Source: Candidatus Bathyarchaeota archaeon
GTDB taxonomy: Archaea; Thermoproteota; Bathyarchaeia; 40CM-2-53-6; RBG-13-38-9
Length of the DNA: 64,000 nucleotides
Assembly (NCBI GenBank): GCA_963807605.1
Contig: CAWECG010000003.1
Span: 224,001-288,000 of the forward strand
Reading direction: 5' to 3'
Made by a program: the position numbers and the translations under genes. Shown piece by piece: positions 20,287 to 30,688 of this stretch. The notes beneath the pieces were generated by a model. It ran no database searches, was not told where the DNA came from, and worked only from the letters and a program-made list of their open reading frames with translations. Numbering within the stretch: position 1 is the first letter of the stretch; each line of letters begins with the position of its first letter.

Positions 20287-20475
20287 TTATTTCCACTCCG
20301 TAGCGGGTAGACCGCCTTTGGCCAAATCGTGTCTGGCCAGATCGTTGAAGATGACAGTGACTCTGTCTTTGTCGACACCGAGTATCCTGACAATGTCTCC
20401 TGTTATTGCTTCCGCTAGTTTCTTTTTCTGTTCAGGGGTGCGTCCTTCAATAAGATCAATTTTTACCGTTGGCAT
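20287..20475 (-). CDS. 4-oxalocrotonate tautomerase family protein
   Basis: MP start with catalytic Pro, EGRTPEQKKKL, terminal GG. Confidence 0.9.
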   Translation of the reverse strand: MPTVKIDLIEGRTPEQKKKLAEAITGDIVRILGVDKDRVTVIFNDLARHDLAKGGLPATEWK

Positions 20476-20875
20476 CTTTCTTTCAAACCTCGTTCTGAGT
20501 CTCTCATTGTTGCTTAATAAATCTCTCTCTGTCGTTAACGAAAACTTCGACAGGATTGAGAATGAACAAGTTCACGAGATTTTCGTGGCCTAAGTGTCGA
20601 TCAGTCAGTAATGAATGTGACTTACCACTAGTTATTAGTTGCTTGAACCATTATTTAGTGTGGCAGCAGCTCCTTCGACTGCCACCTTCACTCAGTAGAC
20701 CACCCTCAGAGCAGTAGGTGCTATGAAGAGGGACCCTTATTCTGAAGCATTGCTCTTTCGGATTACTCAAGGATCCAAGCCGCGATTCAGAGCTAACCTC
20801 TCGCGTTTTGAATATCGCTTACGACCTACCGGGCTGATAGACTGAAAACCTGAACTCTTATAGCTCGTTGAGGAG

Positions 20876-21976
20876 ATGACAATCTTAAGAGCCGGCCGCC
20901 ATCATTGCACCTGTGCAATTGATGTGAAAAAGACTACTTTTGCTCTGATTTTCATATTCCTACAGTTTGCTTCTACGGTCCAACTCAATGGAACACTGCA
21001 AGTGAGGACCTCGGACACTCTGGAGAAATCACGTGACCCCAAGCTCATTGCCTTGGAAGATTTTCTTCTCGCCCAGTATAATCCTAGTCTTGGCCTTGTC
21101 AAGGAATCACCCGACCCATCGATAAATCAGACATACTGGCTATTGGGCGATAACCTCTTGGCTTATCATGCGTTAAAAGATCGACACCCAGAGATCGCAA
21201 ACCGAATCTACCAGACGATAATACGATACGGATATGGATTGCAGGACGGTCTACATGAAGCCCTCTTCGGAAACGAAATCCCATTGCCACCCTACACCCC
21301 CAAGGACAAAATAGTCGAGCAGGGCACTGCGTACACTGTAAAGGTTGAGTATCGTAACCCAAGTGAAGCCAAGGTCATGGATGACTGGGTAGACTACGCG
21401 GATATCCTTCTCTACGCCTCTTTAGGATTCTATAATCAGCCATCCCAAGTCAAACAGGTCAACAAAGCGCTGTATTACTTCAACATGGCCAAGGATATGT
21501 GGAACGAGGCTGGACTTTACGACAAGCCAACTAGACTGGATGGATATTACACTACTTACAAGTTGGCGCTACTGCTCTTCGCCAGTCTAGTCTTGAATCA
21601 GACCTTACCCTTCAGATCGACTTTGGAGGACAGGATCTGGAGGATGCAGAGAGACGATGGGGGTGTAAGAAGCCACTACCTCGGCAACCTAACCAGCGAT
21701 AGAGAGGCGAATACCGAGACTGCCAGTCTGATCCTCATCGCTTACAACTATCAGGAGGCGGAGCTTTCGAGGGAGAGGTCAACCCTTGAGCAGAGAGAGG
21801 TTGAGCAGAAAGCCAGCGAAGAACGAGAACTGCTCACGCAGACGATTGTCCTTGTGGTGCTTGTTGCAGGTGCTAGCGTCATTGCAGTTATTGCAGTGAA
21901 GTTGCCGAATCGGAGATCGAAAAAGGAACTAGTCACCAAAAGCAGAATCGAAAGGCTTCACAGGCTTCCTATCTGA
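20876..21976 (+). CDS. Membrane-anchored secreted protein, helical-repeat-like
   Basis: N-terminal signal/TM, MQRDDGG, NTET, C-terminal TM. Confidence 0.65.
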   Translation: MTILRAGRHHCTCAIDVKKTTFALIFIFLQFASTVQLNGTLQVRTSDTLEKSRDPKLIALEDFLLAQYNPSLGLVKESPDPSINQTYWLLGDNLLAYHALKDRHPEIANRIYQTIIRYGYGLQDGLHEALFGNEIPLPPYTPKDKIVEQGTAYTVKVEYRNPSEAKVMDDWVDYADILLYASLGFYNQPSQVKQVNKALYYFNMAKDMWNEAGLYDKPTRLDGYYTTYKLALLLFASLVLNQTLPFRSTLEDRIWRMQRDDGGVRSHYLGNLTSDREANTETASLILIAYNYQEAELSRERSTLEQREVEQKASEERELLTQTIVLVVLVAGASVIAVIAVKLPNRRSKKELVTKSRIERLHRLPI

Positions 21977-22077
21977 ACTCTGTAACAATCGATTTCTAGC
22001 GCTCCCTAACCAAGCAAATTATGCCTCACTTGAGAGTACTGCTTGACATCACCAGTGTTGATCCAAGTCAGAATTTC

Positions 22078-22293
22078 TCACCCTAATACGAAGAATTGGC
22101 TCATCCTGCACTCATCACAGCGATACGTCTTGAAGCCGGCGCTTGTGTGCGCCAGTCGCATGGGTTTCTTGCACACAAGGCATGATGGAGGCTCTTGCGC
22201 CTCTTCAACTTTTGGATTAACCTCCGGAGCTTGTACTGCTTCAGTCGCGATTTTCTTTCCGACTCCTGAGCCGCTCCCCTTTTCTACGCTCAA
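22078..22293 (-). CDS. Small zinc-ribbon protein
   Basis: CLVC...CDEC. Confidence 0.55.
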   Translation of the reverse strand: MSVEKGSGSGVGKKIATEAVQAPEVNPKVEEAQEPPSCLVCKKPMRLAHTSAGFKTYRCDECRMSQFFVLG

Positions 22294-22506
22294 TACGAGA
22301 TTACTCCTGTCAAATCGGAAAATGTCCGCATGGCTAGGTTCTACAGTTGTTCGCGCCAGGGCTAAAGTTCAACGAAGCAGACATTTAGACCTTGAGACAA
22401 CAAACTTTTGGAGATACGTAGGTCGCGGACTCGTGTAGAACAAGCGATGGTGTGCTGCCGCTCGGGTTCATACGAGTGCACAGGGAGAGCCTTCGTTAGC
22501 CAACGC

Positions 22507-23632
22507 TAGCCTCTTGCAATATTCTTGGGCTTAACATGAAGATGTATACGTGTTTTTGATCATAAGATCGATGAGCTTTACACCCACTCATGCCGTTTCT
22601 GGTGAAAAAGAAGTGAGCGAGTGTAAGGCTCTGTATGATCTGTTTCAGGCTTTGGATTTAACGTTTGTAGAACAAGTCTTAGAAAGAAGCTATGGAAGAA
22701 GAAGCAGCGTCGGCAGACCCCATAGAAATTTACTTGGAATGTTCAAAGCAGAGCTTGTCAAACGGCTAAGACACATAGAAAGCTACGAGGAACTATACCG
22801 ACTTCTATGGAGCGACGGTGAACTCTGCAAACTCTGCGACATCAAGGAATCAGAGAATCCATATCACCCATCAATACTTCTGAGGTTTCGACGTAGAATA
22901 GGCCCTCAAGGATTTCACCGCCTCATGAACCGTCTGATCAAACAGCTTGACCACATGGACATTCTGGACTCTGAAATCCTAGCGTTAGACGTCACATTCA
23001 TCAAAGCTTACAGTCGAAGAGATCCTCACAATACCCAGTGTGGATTATCCGATTCTGAAGCCAGATTACGAAAACAAGGTAGAAACGTAATCTTAGGCTA
23101 CGGCATACACCTTGCTGTAGACACCATCAGCGAGATGCCGCGGGCAGTCACCATAGAACCTGCAAATGTAAATGAGAAAAAAGTTGCACCCCACCTCCTC
23201 CATAAAGCATTGAAGAAGAAACATAGGTGGAAGAGCATGACTGCAGACTCACAATACTCCAGCGAAGCTTTCAGAGACAAGGCAAGATCTATGGGCATAG
23301 AACCAATCATACCTTACCCTAGAAACCAGATGAAGGGCAAACAGGTTCTACGAATCGACCGGAAGTTCCGCTCACACGGACCTGCCCGTCTGAAACAACT
23401 GTATAAACGTCGATCCTCAGTGGAGAGAACATTCTCAAGACTCAAGACACACTTCGGATTGTCTCAGCTTCGAACACGCGGCCTAAGAAACGTCATATCA
23501 CATGTACTTCTCTGTCTGCTGGCTCTACTGGCAACTGCCTTATCCGCGATCAAGCACGGACACATCGATAAAATGCGGTCACCAATCCAGTTCACAAAAT
23601 TAACACAGAAAATATAATATTGCAAGAAGCTC
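22507..23632 (+). mobile_element. IS5-like insertion sequence, 1126 bp
   Basis: 17-bp TIRs TAGCCTCTTGCAATATT / GAGCTTCTTGCAATATT (15/17 match); ACGC direct repeat at 22503-22506 and 23633-23636. Confidence 0.88.
22550..23617 (+). CDS. DDE transposase (IS4/IS5 type)
   Basis: LALDVT, GYGIHL.VD, ADSQY, YKRRSSVERTFSRLK. Confidence 0.92.
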   Translation: MFLIIRSMSFTPTHAVSGEKEVSECKALYDLFQALDLTFVEQVLERSYGRRSSVGRPHRNLLGMFKAELVKRLRHIESYEELYRLLWSDGELCKLCDIKESENPYHPSILLRFRRRIGPQGFHRLMNRLIKQLDHMDILDSEILALDVTFIKAYSRRDPHNTQCGLSDSEARLRKQGRNVILGYGIHLAVDTISEMPRAVTIEPANVNEKKVAPHLLHKALKKKHRWKSMTADSQYSSEAFRDKARSMGIEPIIPYPRNQMKGKQVLRIDRKFRSHGPARLKQLYKRRSSVERTFSRLKTHFGLSQLRTRGLRNVISHVLLCLLALLATALSAIKHGHIDKMRSPIQFTKLTQKI

Positions 23633-23691
23633 ACGCGCGGTATGATCCTTAAATCGCACGGCTCCCAAATATTAGATGTGAGTGATAGCTC

Positions 23692-24021
23692 TTGCCGAGA
23701 GTGCAATTCATCTCTACTGAGCAACTTCTCGAGATGAAGGCCAATAACAAGAAATTCAAACTTGTAGAGGTCTTACCGGAAGAAGAGTTCAAGAACGGAC
23801 ATATCCCTGGAGCCGTCAACTTGCCTCTTGACAAGTTAGAGACTCTTGCAAAACAGCATCTAAGGAAGGCCGATACGATTGTTGTTTACTGTGGAAGCTA
23901 CCAATGCCAAGCAAGCACAAACGCGGCTAGAACTCTCTTGAACATGGGTTTTAGGAAAACGCTTGATTATAAAGCAGGCAAGAAAGGATGGCTTCATACG
24001 GGCTTCGAATTAGAGAAATAA
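23692..24021 (+). CDS. Rhodanese-like domain protein
   Basis: GHIPGAVNLP, IVVYCGS. Confidence 0.88.
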   Translation: MPRVQFISTEQLLEMKANNKKFKLVEVLPEEEFKNGHIPGAVNLPLDKLETLAKQHLRKADTIVVYCGSYQCQASTNAARTLLNMGFRKTLDYKAGKKGWLHTGFELEK

Positions 24022-24077
24022 CTTGTGCATGGGTCGTAGCGCGCGCTAGACTAGGTTCCAGCGCGTGCGTCGTCAAT

Positions 24078-24446
24078 CTAGAAGGTAATCACTCTGCAAG
24101 AATTGTTCTTGAGAAACTGTGTTAAAGGCTCTCCCATGTACTTGACTTCTATCCCCAACGCTTCGAGATCGTCGGAGACTCCATACATGTCTGAACACCT
24201 TTTGCAAGCCATTAATTTAACACCGATCTCTTTCATCTTGGGTAAATAGGCCTGCAGTTCTGTATCGACTGACATGAGTTTGGAAGAAGGACCCCATACA
24301 ATCAGGTTGACTTCTTTCCACCATCCCTTCAGCTTGGAGTTCAAGGTATACATGAACACCATCTTCATTGCTACTTCCCTATCTCCACTACTCCATACCA
24401 CTACAAGTTCTGATGGCTCTGTTGACTCTCTATCCATGTTTGACAT
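24078..24446 (-). CDS. DsrE-family protein
   Basis: LIVWGPS, ACKRCSD.YG. Confidence 0.85.
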   Translation of the reverse strand: MSNMDRESTEPSELVVVWSSGDREVAMKMVFMYTLNSKLKGWWKEVNLIVWGPSSKLMSVDTELQAYLPKMKEIGVKLMACKRCSDMYGVSDDLEALGIEVKYMGEPLTQFLKNNSCRVITF

Positions 24447-24650
24447 CTCCCTCTTGTTCTCAATCTCCGAGGTTGTTGAACGTTGACTCTAAGTTCATAT
24501 TTAGTATTTCGCACGGCCTCTAAAGACTCGTGACCGCCTAGCCTGCCTATGTTCTTCTCAATCTTCAATCTATAGCGGAGGCTTTCTAAGCGCGCGCTGT
24601 CCATCTCAAAAGACTCTTAAGTTTCTCTACAATAGTGAGACCGAGTCGTT

Positions 24651-25052
24651 TTGACTATCGAGAAGGGTTTTGGTCCAGAATTTCAGGAAGTCGGTTCGCG
24701 TCTTTATCGAGCCGAGTATGGTGTGATCTCTATCGCAATTATCGGGTATCTTGCTTGGCGGGGCCTCTTCCTCGGCGGGATTAACGTCTTTCAAACAGTA
24801 TTTTGGGCGCTCTTTCCTGATTTGGTAGCCTTCATACCAATCGGTTTGTTGTCGAAGCGGCGAGAATGGCCCGAGTGGGGTGCCTACCTCTACAACGCGA
24901 TTCACAATGTGATCGCTTGGGGGCTTGTGTTTACGGTGATCTGGATTGTCCTCGGGGTTACAAGTTGGCCTCTATTTGGCTGGTTGGGACACATCACGGT
25001 CGATCGCACGATTGGTTACGGCTTGAGGAAGCTCCCTCCCAAGAAGTCGTAG
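24651..25052 (+). CDS. DUF4260-like membrane protein
   Basis: FPDL, YNAIHN, HITVDRTIGYGL. Confidence 0.8.
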   Translation: MTIEKGFGPEFQEVGSRLYRAEYGVISIAIIGYLAWRGLFLGGINVFQTVFWALFPDLVAFIPIGLLSKRREWPEWGAYLYNAIHNVIAWGLVFTVIWIVLGVTSWPLFGWLGHITVDRTIGYGLRKLPPKKS

Positions 25053-25232
25053 CCTCATTCTTTCTTTGCTAGGCCAAATGTTGCGCTAGGTCAAATCTTA
25101 CGCACAAGCAAGAGCGCGCGCTGAAATACGGTGCGCTCCATCTGACCATGATATTGAGATATGCATAGAGAGAGGAAAGGTTCGAACGAAGCCGTGGAGT
25201 CAACTTATTCATAACCGAACAAGTAGCGCGCT

Positions 25233-26348
25233 TCACATAGTCCGCTTTGACAGCAATGTCGCTATGGGCAAGAATATGATAATGCTGATTACGAGTATCA
25301 AGAGATCTACGGATACCGCATTAAAGTTCAATCCAAGATACATGATTCGTCTTAGAGCTTCGTTGCCGTAAGTCCATGGAAGCATTCTTGATATGAGTCT
25401 ACCACCGGCTGGCAGTATCTCAGGCGTCGTAAAGGCCCCTGACAATTGAAATAGCGGAAAGGTTATCGCAATTTCCATAATCGTCAAAGTCGCGGAACTC
25501 CGAATTCTCGAGGATATCATTAGACCTAATGATAATGTGAACATAGAGATCAGAGATGTGGTGAGATAAATCAGTAATATGTTGCCTTTGATAACCAAGC
25601 CATCAAGTATGAAAATTATGAGTACGAATGATGTCCTCATTGAGTTGATGACGAGAGCTGCGGCCATCTTGCCTCCATACATTGAGAAAAGATTCATGGG
25701 GGTCAGCACAAGCCGAGTAAAGGTGCCTCGCTCACGTTCTCTTGTTACAGCATTGACTGCATCATCAAAGGCGCCTAGAATTGTTATTATCCCGAGAAAT
25801 CCAGGCAATATATAATCCCCGTTGGCAGGGCGACCTGAAACTGGTTTCGGTTCCACATCAACAGATACTAACCTTAGATTATATTGAGCGTTTAGACTTC
25901 TCAATAGTTCTTGCGATCGCTCAAGGACCGCTCGATAAACCAAAAGACTTGCCGTAACTTTTGAGTTATCGGTTTGCAGCAAGACAAAAGCCACCTGAGA
26001 GGTGAGGAGCCTATTGCCAAAACCTTCCGGTATAGTCACTGATCCGATAGCTTCACCTGCTTGAACGATTTCCAAAGCCCGTTCCTGAGTTTGCACAAGC
26101 TGATCAACTCGAATATATTTGGAAATAGAAAGTTCATCGATGAACATTTTCGATTGAGCTGATTCATCTAGATCAGCTACGACAATGGGGACTGCATGCG
26201 GATCACGGAATGCTCCCGTGATCACAATAAACATACTTATCAAGAGTATAGGAAACATTATCGTCAGAGCTAGGGACAGTGGATCTCGGCGCAGCTGCTT
26301 CAGTTCTTTTTTTGCGATTGCGGCGGAGTCGCGAATAAGAGAATTCAT
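25233..26348 (-). CDS. ABC-2 type exporter permease
   Basis: KELKQLRRD, RERERGTFTRL..TP. Confidence 0.88.
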   Translation of the reverse strand: MNSLIRDSAAIAKKELKQLRRDPLSLALTIMFPILLISMFIVITGAFRDPHAVPIVVADLDESAQSKMFIDELSISKYIRVDQLVQTQERALEIVQAGEAIGSVTIPEGFGNRLLTSQVAFVLLQTDNSKVTASLLVYRAVLERSQELLRSLNAQYNLRLVSVDVEPKPVSGRPANGDYILPGFLGIITILGAFDDAVNAVTRERERGTFTRLVLTPMNLFSMYGGKMAAALVINSMRTSFVLIIFILDGLVIKGNILLIYLTTSLISMFTLSLGLMISSRIRSSATLTIMEIAITFPLFQLSGAFTTPEILPAGGRLISRMLPWTYGNEALRRIMYLGLNFNAVSVDLLILVISIIIFLPIATLLSKRTM

Positions 26349-27508
26349 GCAACGAGCCTCTCGCGGGCTGCCTTGAGGATGAGATATGCTAGAGCGTAGA
26401 AAAGCACTATAGATAATCCGACGAATTGCAGCTGATAGGTTAGGCTTGTCAAGGGCTGACCTATAAGTACTGTAAGTTTTAAGATATCAATTGCGTACGC
26501 CCAGGGCAAGTAATTTGAAATTATTAAAGGAAGTCCTTTCATCAATACCTTATCTATAATAGAACCGCTGAAGGCAAACAGAAAGAGGACTAAGAAGAAC
26601 TCGATAATTACCACCGCGCGAATCCCGATCCCTAGCGATGATATGAGCAAGCCGAATCCCATTGTTAGGAGTGCAATCAGAACAGTAATGGCTAACAAGG
26701 TCAAGAGATCAGTGTTGATACGAGCACCGTATGCGAAAACAGCCAAGCTGAGAACAATAATTGTCCGAATTATGTTCAGACCCAAGTCGTACAGTGTCTT
26801 CCCAATCATTATGGCTCCAAGACTGACGGGACTTACGAGTAACCGCGAATAGGTACCTTCTTCATGTTCTCGAGACATGCCTCCAGCTATCTCATAGAAG
26901 GTTGCAAAGACTATTACTAACGACATGGTAATCGTCAATCCTAGTGCGAAGCCAGAAAACTGGGTTCCCTTCTGAATGACTTGAATTGTTGAGAAACCTT
27001 CTACTTCTATGTACGGAGACGGTGGAATTTGTGTTGCAGGATTGAAGGTTTGGACAGTTGCATTTACAGCTGAGAGAACTGCGGCGGAAACTCCCGGCGA
27101 ACCATCATCAATATACACAACAATGGTGCCTGTCTGATTTCTCATTAATCTATCTTGAAATCCCTGTGGGATGATGACGGCAGCATAAATCGAGCCTTTT
27201 CCCATGGCCTCAAAGGCGTTATCTTCACGGTATCCTTGAATTAACCTATTGAATTTATCTGACCTAACTAATGTTTCATACAGGCGACTTGAAGCAACAG
27301 AGTGATCTTCGTCAACAAACGCCATAGGAAGCGCGGCTGTCGGTTTGAAAGTCGTTCCTGCTCTTCCTTGTCCAGCTCCCAACGAGGCGGTGAAAAAAAA
27401 GGGGATAACTACAAGTGAGATAAGAATTGCGGATCGGTTACGCCTAAAGACCCAAAATTCATTAGTCATTACAGCAAATATGTCTCTTAATATTTGCATT
27501 TTAGTCAT
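26345..27508 (-). CDS. ABC-2 type exporter permease
   Basis: REHEEGTYSRLLVSP, six TM segments plus extracellular domain. Confidence 0.88.
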   Translation of the reverse strand: MTKMQILRDIFAVMTNEFWVFRRNRSAILISLVVIPFFFTASLGAGQGRAGTTFKPTAALPMAFVDEDHSVASSRLYETLVRSDKFNRLIQGYREDNAFEAMGKGSIYAAVIIPQGFQDRLMRNQTGTIVVYIDDGSPGVSAAVLSAVNATVQTFNPATQIPPSPYIEVEGFSTIQVIQKGTQFSGFALGLTITMSLVIVFATFYEIAGGMSREHEEGTYSRLLVSPVSLGAIMIGKTLYDLGLNIIRTIIVLSLAVFAYGARINTDLLTLLAITVLIALLTMGFGLLISSLGIGIRAVVIIEFFLVLFLFAFSGSIIDKVLMKGLPLIISNYLPWAYAIDILKLTVLIGQPLTSLTYQLQFVGLSIVLFYALAYLILKAARERLVA

Positions 27509-27556
27509 GCTACTTGCAATCCATTGAGGTATTACATTATGAGCCGTTTAGGTAGT

Positions 27557-28585
27557 TCATGTTCTTCGACGAGATTTCTCCGCAAAACGATCTATTTCGG
27601 CTTCACCCCCTGTTAACGAAATGAATGCTTCCTCAAGCGTCGGATCCTTCTTACCAATAGCTCTAATTCTTGCTCCTGAACTGACAAGCAAGCCTACAAC
27701 TTTGTCTTCAATCTCTTCGTCTTCTTTTCTGATACAAGTGATTCTGAGCATTGGGTCATCATACGTTACTTTACATACGCTAGCCAGATTCTGAATCTTC
27801 TCAATCGTGACGGAGTCAAGACGTGGTGAATCGGCTTCTATCACAGCCTGTTCAGACACAGTTTGTCTCAAATCAGCCGGCGTGCCTATCTGTATCAACC
27901 CGCCCTCAAATATTATTCCTACACGATCACAAATCATCTCAGGTTCTTGCATGTAGTGTGTGGTCCAGATGACTGTCACACCCTGATCGCAAAGATTCCT
28001 AGTAAACTCCCGGAGCGCCACCGCTGATTGAGGATCCAGACCAGAAGTTACCTCATCAAGGAAGAGGATCTTTGGATCATGGACAAGTGCTGCAATGATC
28101 ATTGCTTTTTTCGTCCAACCGCTGGAAAGCTCCCTTACTAGCAGCTTTGATCTCTCTCGGAAATTGAACATCTCCAAGAGCTCTCTTATCCTCTTCTGAC
28201 CCACCTCACTTGGTAGACCGTATAGTGTGCTGAGCAACTTCAGGTTCTCCTCGATGGTTAGATCCTTGTAGAGTGACACACCATCAGATACTACTCCGAT
28301 TCGGCGTCTAATTTCGGCGGCTTCCCGTCTGAGATCATACCCCGCTACTGTTGCGGTTCCTCTTGTCGGCTCAAGAAGAGTGCAGAGCATACGCACGCAG
28401 GTCGTCTTTCCTGCACCATTAGGACCCAGTAGGCCGAACAGTTCACCGGATTCAATATTGAGGTTTAGACTATCGACTGCGGTAAAATGTCCAAAGACTT
28501 TTGTCAGATCGACTGTTGTGATTGCGTTCTTTGGCAAAAAAAATCCCGTAGTTAAATCGACTTTGAGCCACTTTCCTGTGAACAC
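27557..28585 (-). CDS. ABC-2 exporter ATP-binding protein
   Basis: GPNGAGKTT, LSSG, FLDE..SGLDP, TTHYM. Confidence 0.92.
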   Translation of the reverse strand: MFTGKWLKVDLTTGFFLPKNAITTVDLTKVFGHFTAVDSLNLNIESGELFGLLGPNGAGKTTCVRMLCTLLEPTRGTATVAGYDLRREAAEIRRRIGVVSDGVSLYKDLTIEENLKLLSTLYGLPSEVGQKRIRELLEMFNFRERSKLLVRELSSGWTKKAMIIAALVHDPKILFLDEVTSGLDPQSAVALREFTRNLCDQGVTVIWTTHYMQEPEMICDRVGIIFEGGLIQIGTPADLRQTVSEQAVIEADSPRLDSVTIEKIQNLASVCKVTYDDPMLRITCIRKEDEEIEDKVVGLLVSSGARIRAIGKKDPTLEEAFISLTGGEAEIDRFAEKSRRRT

Positions 28586-28688
28586 TCTTAAACTTTTCTA
28601 GAAATAGTAAACAATGCGTTTGTTAAGAAAATCGCACATCCTACTCAAGACGGAGAGCACAAGCGCGCGCTATAACGTTTCCTTCACG

Positions 28689-29237
28689 TTACGGTGGTGG
28701 CAGGTTTTTTGAGACTGGACCGATATTGATCTGAACATATGTGCCTCCATCAGTGCCGTCTCCAGATGTAGTTATGGCAAGCCAGAATACGCGAGGATTG
28801 GCAGATGGAGAAATCGCAACGGTGAGCGTGCTCCTATAAAAGGTCACTCCGACTGGAGTTGGAATAAGCAATACGGCTACAGGAGAAAATCTTGTGATCA
28901 TAACTGGCAATTGAGTTCCTGCCACTGTTACTGGAGTCGCTTTCAGAGATAACTCAAGGGGATTACCGTGGAATATGCGTCCATACGTACCTGTTGTTAT
29001 CGTTATGTTAATGTCTTGAGTGCCACCTGAAAGTGGAAATGTGAGAGAAGGTTCTGACGCGACGGAATAGTTGAGATTTGCAAATGGGGCTAATGCAGGC
29101 ATTTGCGGCACCGATTCCTTCTTTTCCGTTAGGGTTCTAATGCTTGAGAATGAAAACAAAGAGACGGCTAAGGCGACACAACAGACGACAATCAGCGTCT
29201 TTCTACCAAGAAACATTCTTGCGGACACGTCGAGCAC
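28689..29237 (-). CDS. Hypothetical secreted beta-rich protein
   Basis: Signal peptide; bounded by GCGC boxes at 28662 and 29270. Confidence 0.55.
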   Translation of the reverse strand: MLDVSARMFLGRKTLIVVCCVALAVSLFSFSSIRTLTEKKESVPQMPALAPFANLNYSVASEPSLTFPLSGGTQDINITITTGTYGRIFHGNPLELSLKATPVTVAGTQLPVMITRFSPVAVLLIPTPVGVTFYRSTLTVAISPSANPRVFWLAITTSGDGTDGGTYVQINIGPVSKNLPPP

Positions 29238-29474
29238 ACGTTGCTGTAACTATTAAATAAAAGCTACGTAGCGCGCGCTCAAAAGAGAAGGCTTGACATA
29301 CTTTATGATGAATCTTCTCAAGCTTCTCCTTAATCTCGCCTAGCTCCTTGATGATCTTGCCTTGATTCGTATTTAGCATCTCAATTTCCGAATGGATACT
29401 ATCGAGACACCTCATCAAGCGCACGCTTGTCAAAAGCAGTCTTGAGAAGTGGGAAGTCTAGCGCACGCGTTCTA

Positions 29475-29627
29475 TCAGTAGATTTTTTCTACAACAGCTG
29501 ACAAAATGCAGAGACCTGCACCCAGGATGATAATTCTGAACAGAAAATTCTCAACTGCCAACAGCAATCCGACCCAAGCAAGAAAGAAGCCAACCCACCC
29601 AACTACATGAAATATCCACTTTTCCAA
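29475..29627 (-). CDS. Unannotated 50-aa two-TM protein
   Basis: TTG start after GGGGTGA; MEKWIFHVVGWVGFFLAWVGLLLAVENFLFRIIILGAGLCILSAVVEKIY. Confidence 0.55.
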   Translation of the reverse strand: MEKWIFHVVGWVGFFLAWVGLLLAVENFLFRIIILGAGLCILSAVVEKIY

Positions 29628-29910
29628 CTGTATGATCACCCCCTATTCTACCAGTGCAGCGCGCGCTCAACATCCTGCATCGTCAAGTGGGTGTAGACCC
29701 TGACCATATGTGGTCTACGTCAGCCGAATAACTTCATAAATTCTCGGTCAGTAAAGAGCTTACAATCAATCGCTCGCGTATGCCTCATCATACGGGTCAT
29801 CGTCCTCTTCTTAAGGACCTTCCGGCCCATCCGCTTGACAAGCGCGCGCTACGGAAACTAGAGAGAGACCTCTGAAACCTGAGAAATCTTCTCGAGGAGG
29901 CTACTGAATA

Positions 29911-30480
29911 CTAAGGTGGCGCAGTCACTGTGATCGTCCATTGACAATTTGCCGAGTAGATTCTCAAGAAGTATGTTCCCGGTCCATCATAGACCATTAT
30001 GTGGTCTTCACCATAGCCGTCGTACGATGCCCCATCAATGAAAGCTCCTTTGCTGGCACCTTGCGGATAGACGAAAATCTCAAGGTTTACAGCCCGGGGG
30101 TCTGCTTTCCCACTTGTATTGAATTGGATCTTCCAGTAATCAGTTGGTATCGTGAAATTTTCAGTCATCTTTTCACCCGTTCCACTGAATGAGTATTTGA
30201 CTGGGGTCGAGGGCGGAGAAGCTGTTGGGATAACAAGAGGTGAAACAGTTGGTGTTTGAGTGACTGCTGGCCCGGAGACGGTTTGGGTGACTGTCTGTAA
30301 AACTACCACTTGACCTCGGGGAGCAAAACCGACGCCTACTGCAACTCCTATGAAAAATGCGATAAAGATGATTGCTAGAAGTTTCACCGTCATCTTTGAA
30401 GTTGAGGAGTTCCTCTGTGTGGTAGCTGTTACAGATGGTGTTGGGGAATCTGTCGGTGTCTTAGCTTCAGTCATGCACAA
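29911..30480 (-). CDS. Membrane-anchored protein with extracellular beta-sandwich
   Basis: TM helix, T/P-rich linker, FSGTG..T..F.I...W, GTYFLRI...WTITV. Confidence 0.65.
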   Translation of the reverse strand: MCMTEAKTPTDSPTPSVTATTQRNSSTSKMTVKLLAIIFIAFFIGVAVGVGFAPRGQVVVLQTVTQTVSGPAVTQTPTVSPLVIPTASPPSTPVKYSFSGTGEKMTENFTIPTDYWKIQFNTSGKADPRAVNLEIFVYPQGASKGAFIDGASYDGYGEDHIMVYDGPGTYFLRIYSANCQWTITVTAPP

Positions 30481-30688
30481 TACCGATTAACTAACTTAAC
30501 CAATAAAGACGATTTAGGATTTGTCATATCAGCAGAAGAAGAAGTCGGCGTGAGCTAGCAGCTTCCTTTGTTAAGATTCTCTAGTTGTTTCAGCTTCGCA
30601 AGCAGGTCGGGTCTGCAGCTGCACGGTTACTCAACCCGTGGTACTCTCTATCAACCACTTTGAAGCGGTTAAGCTTCAGGATACCCTC

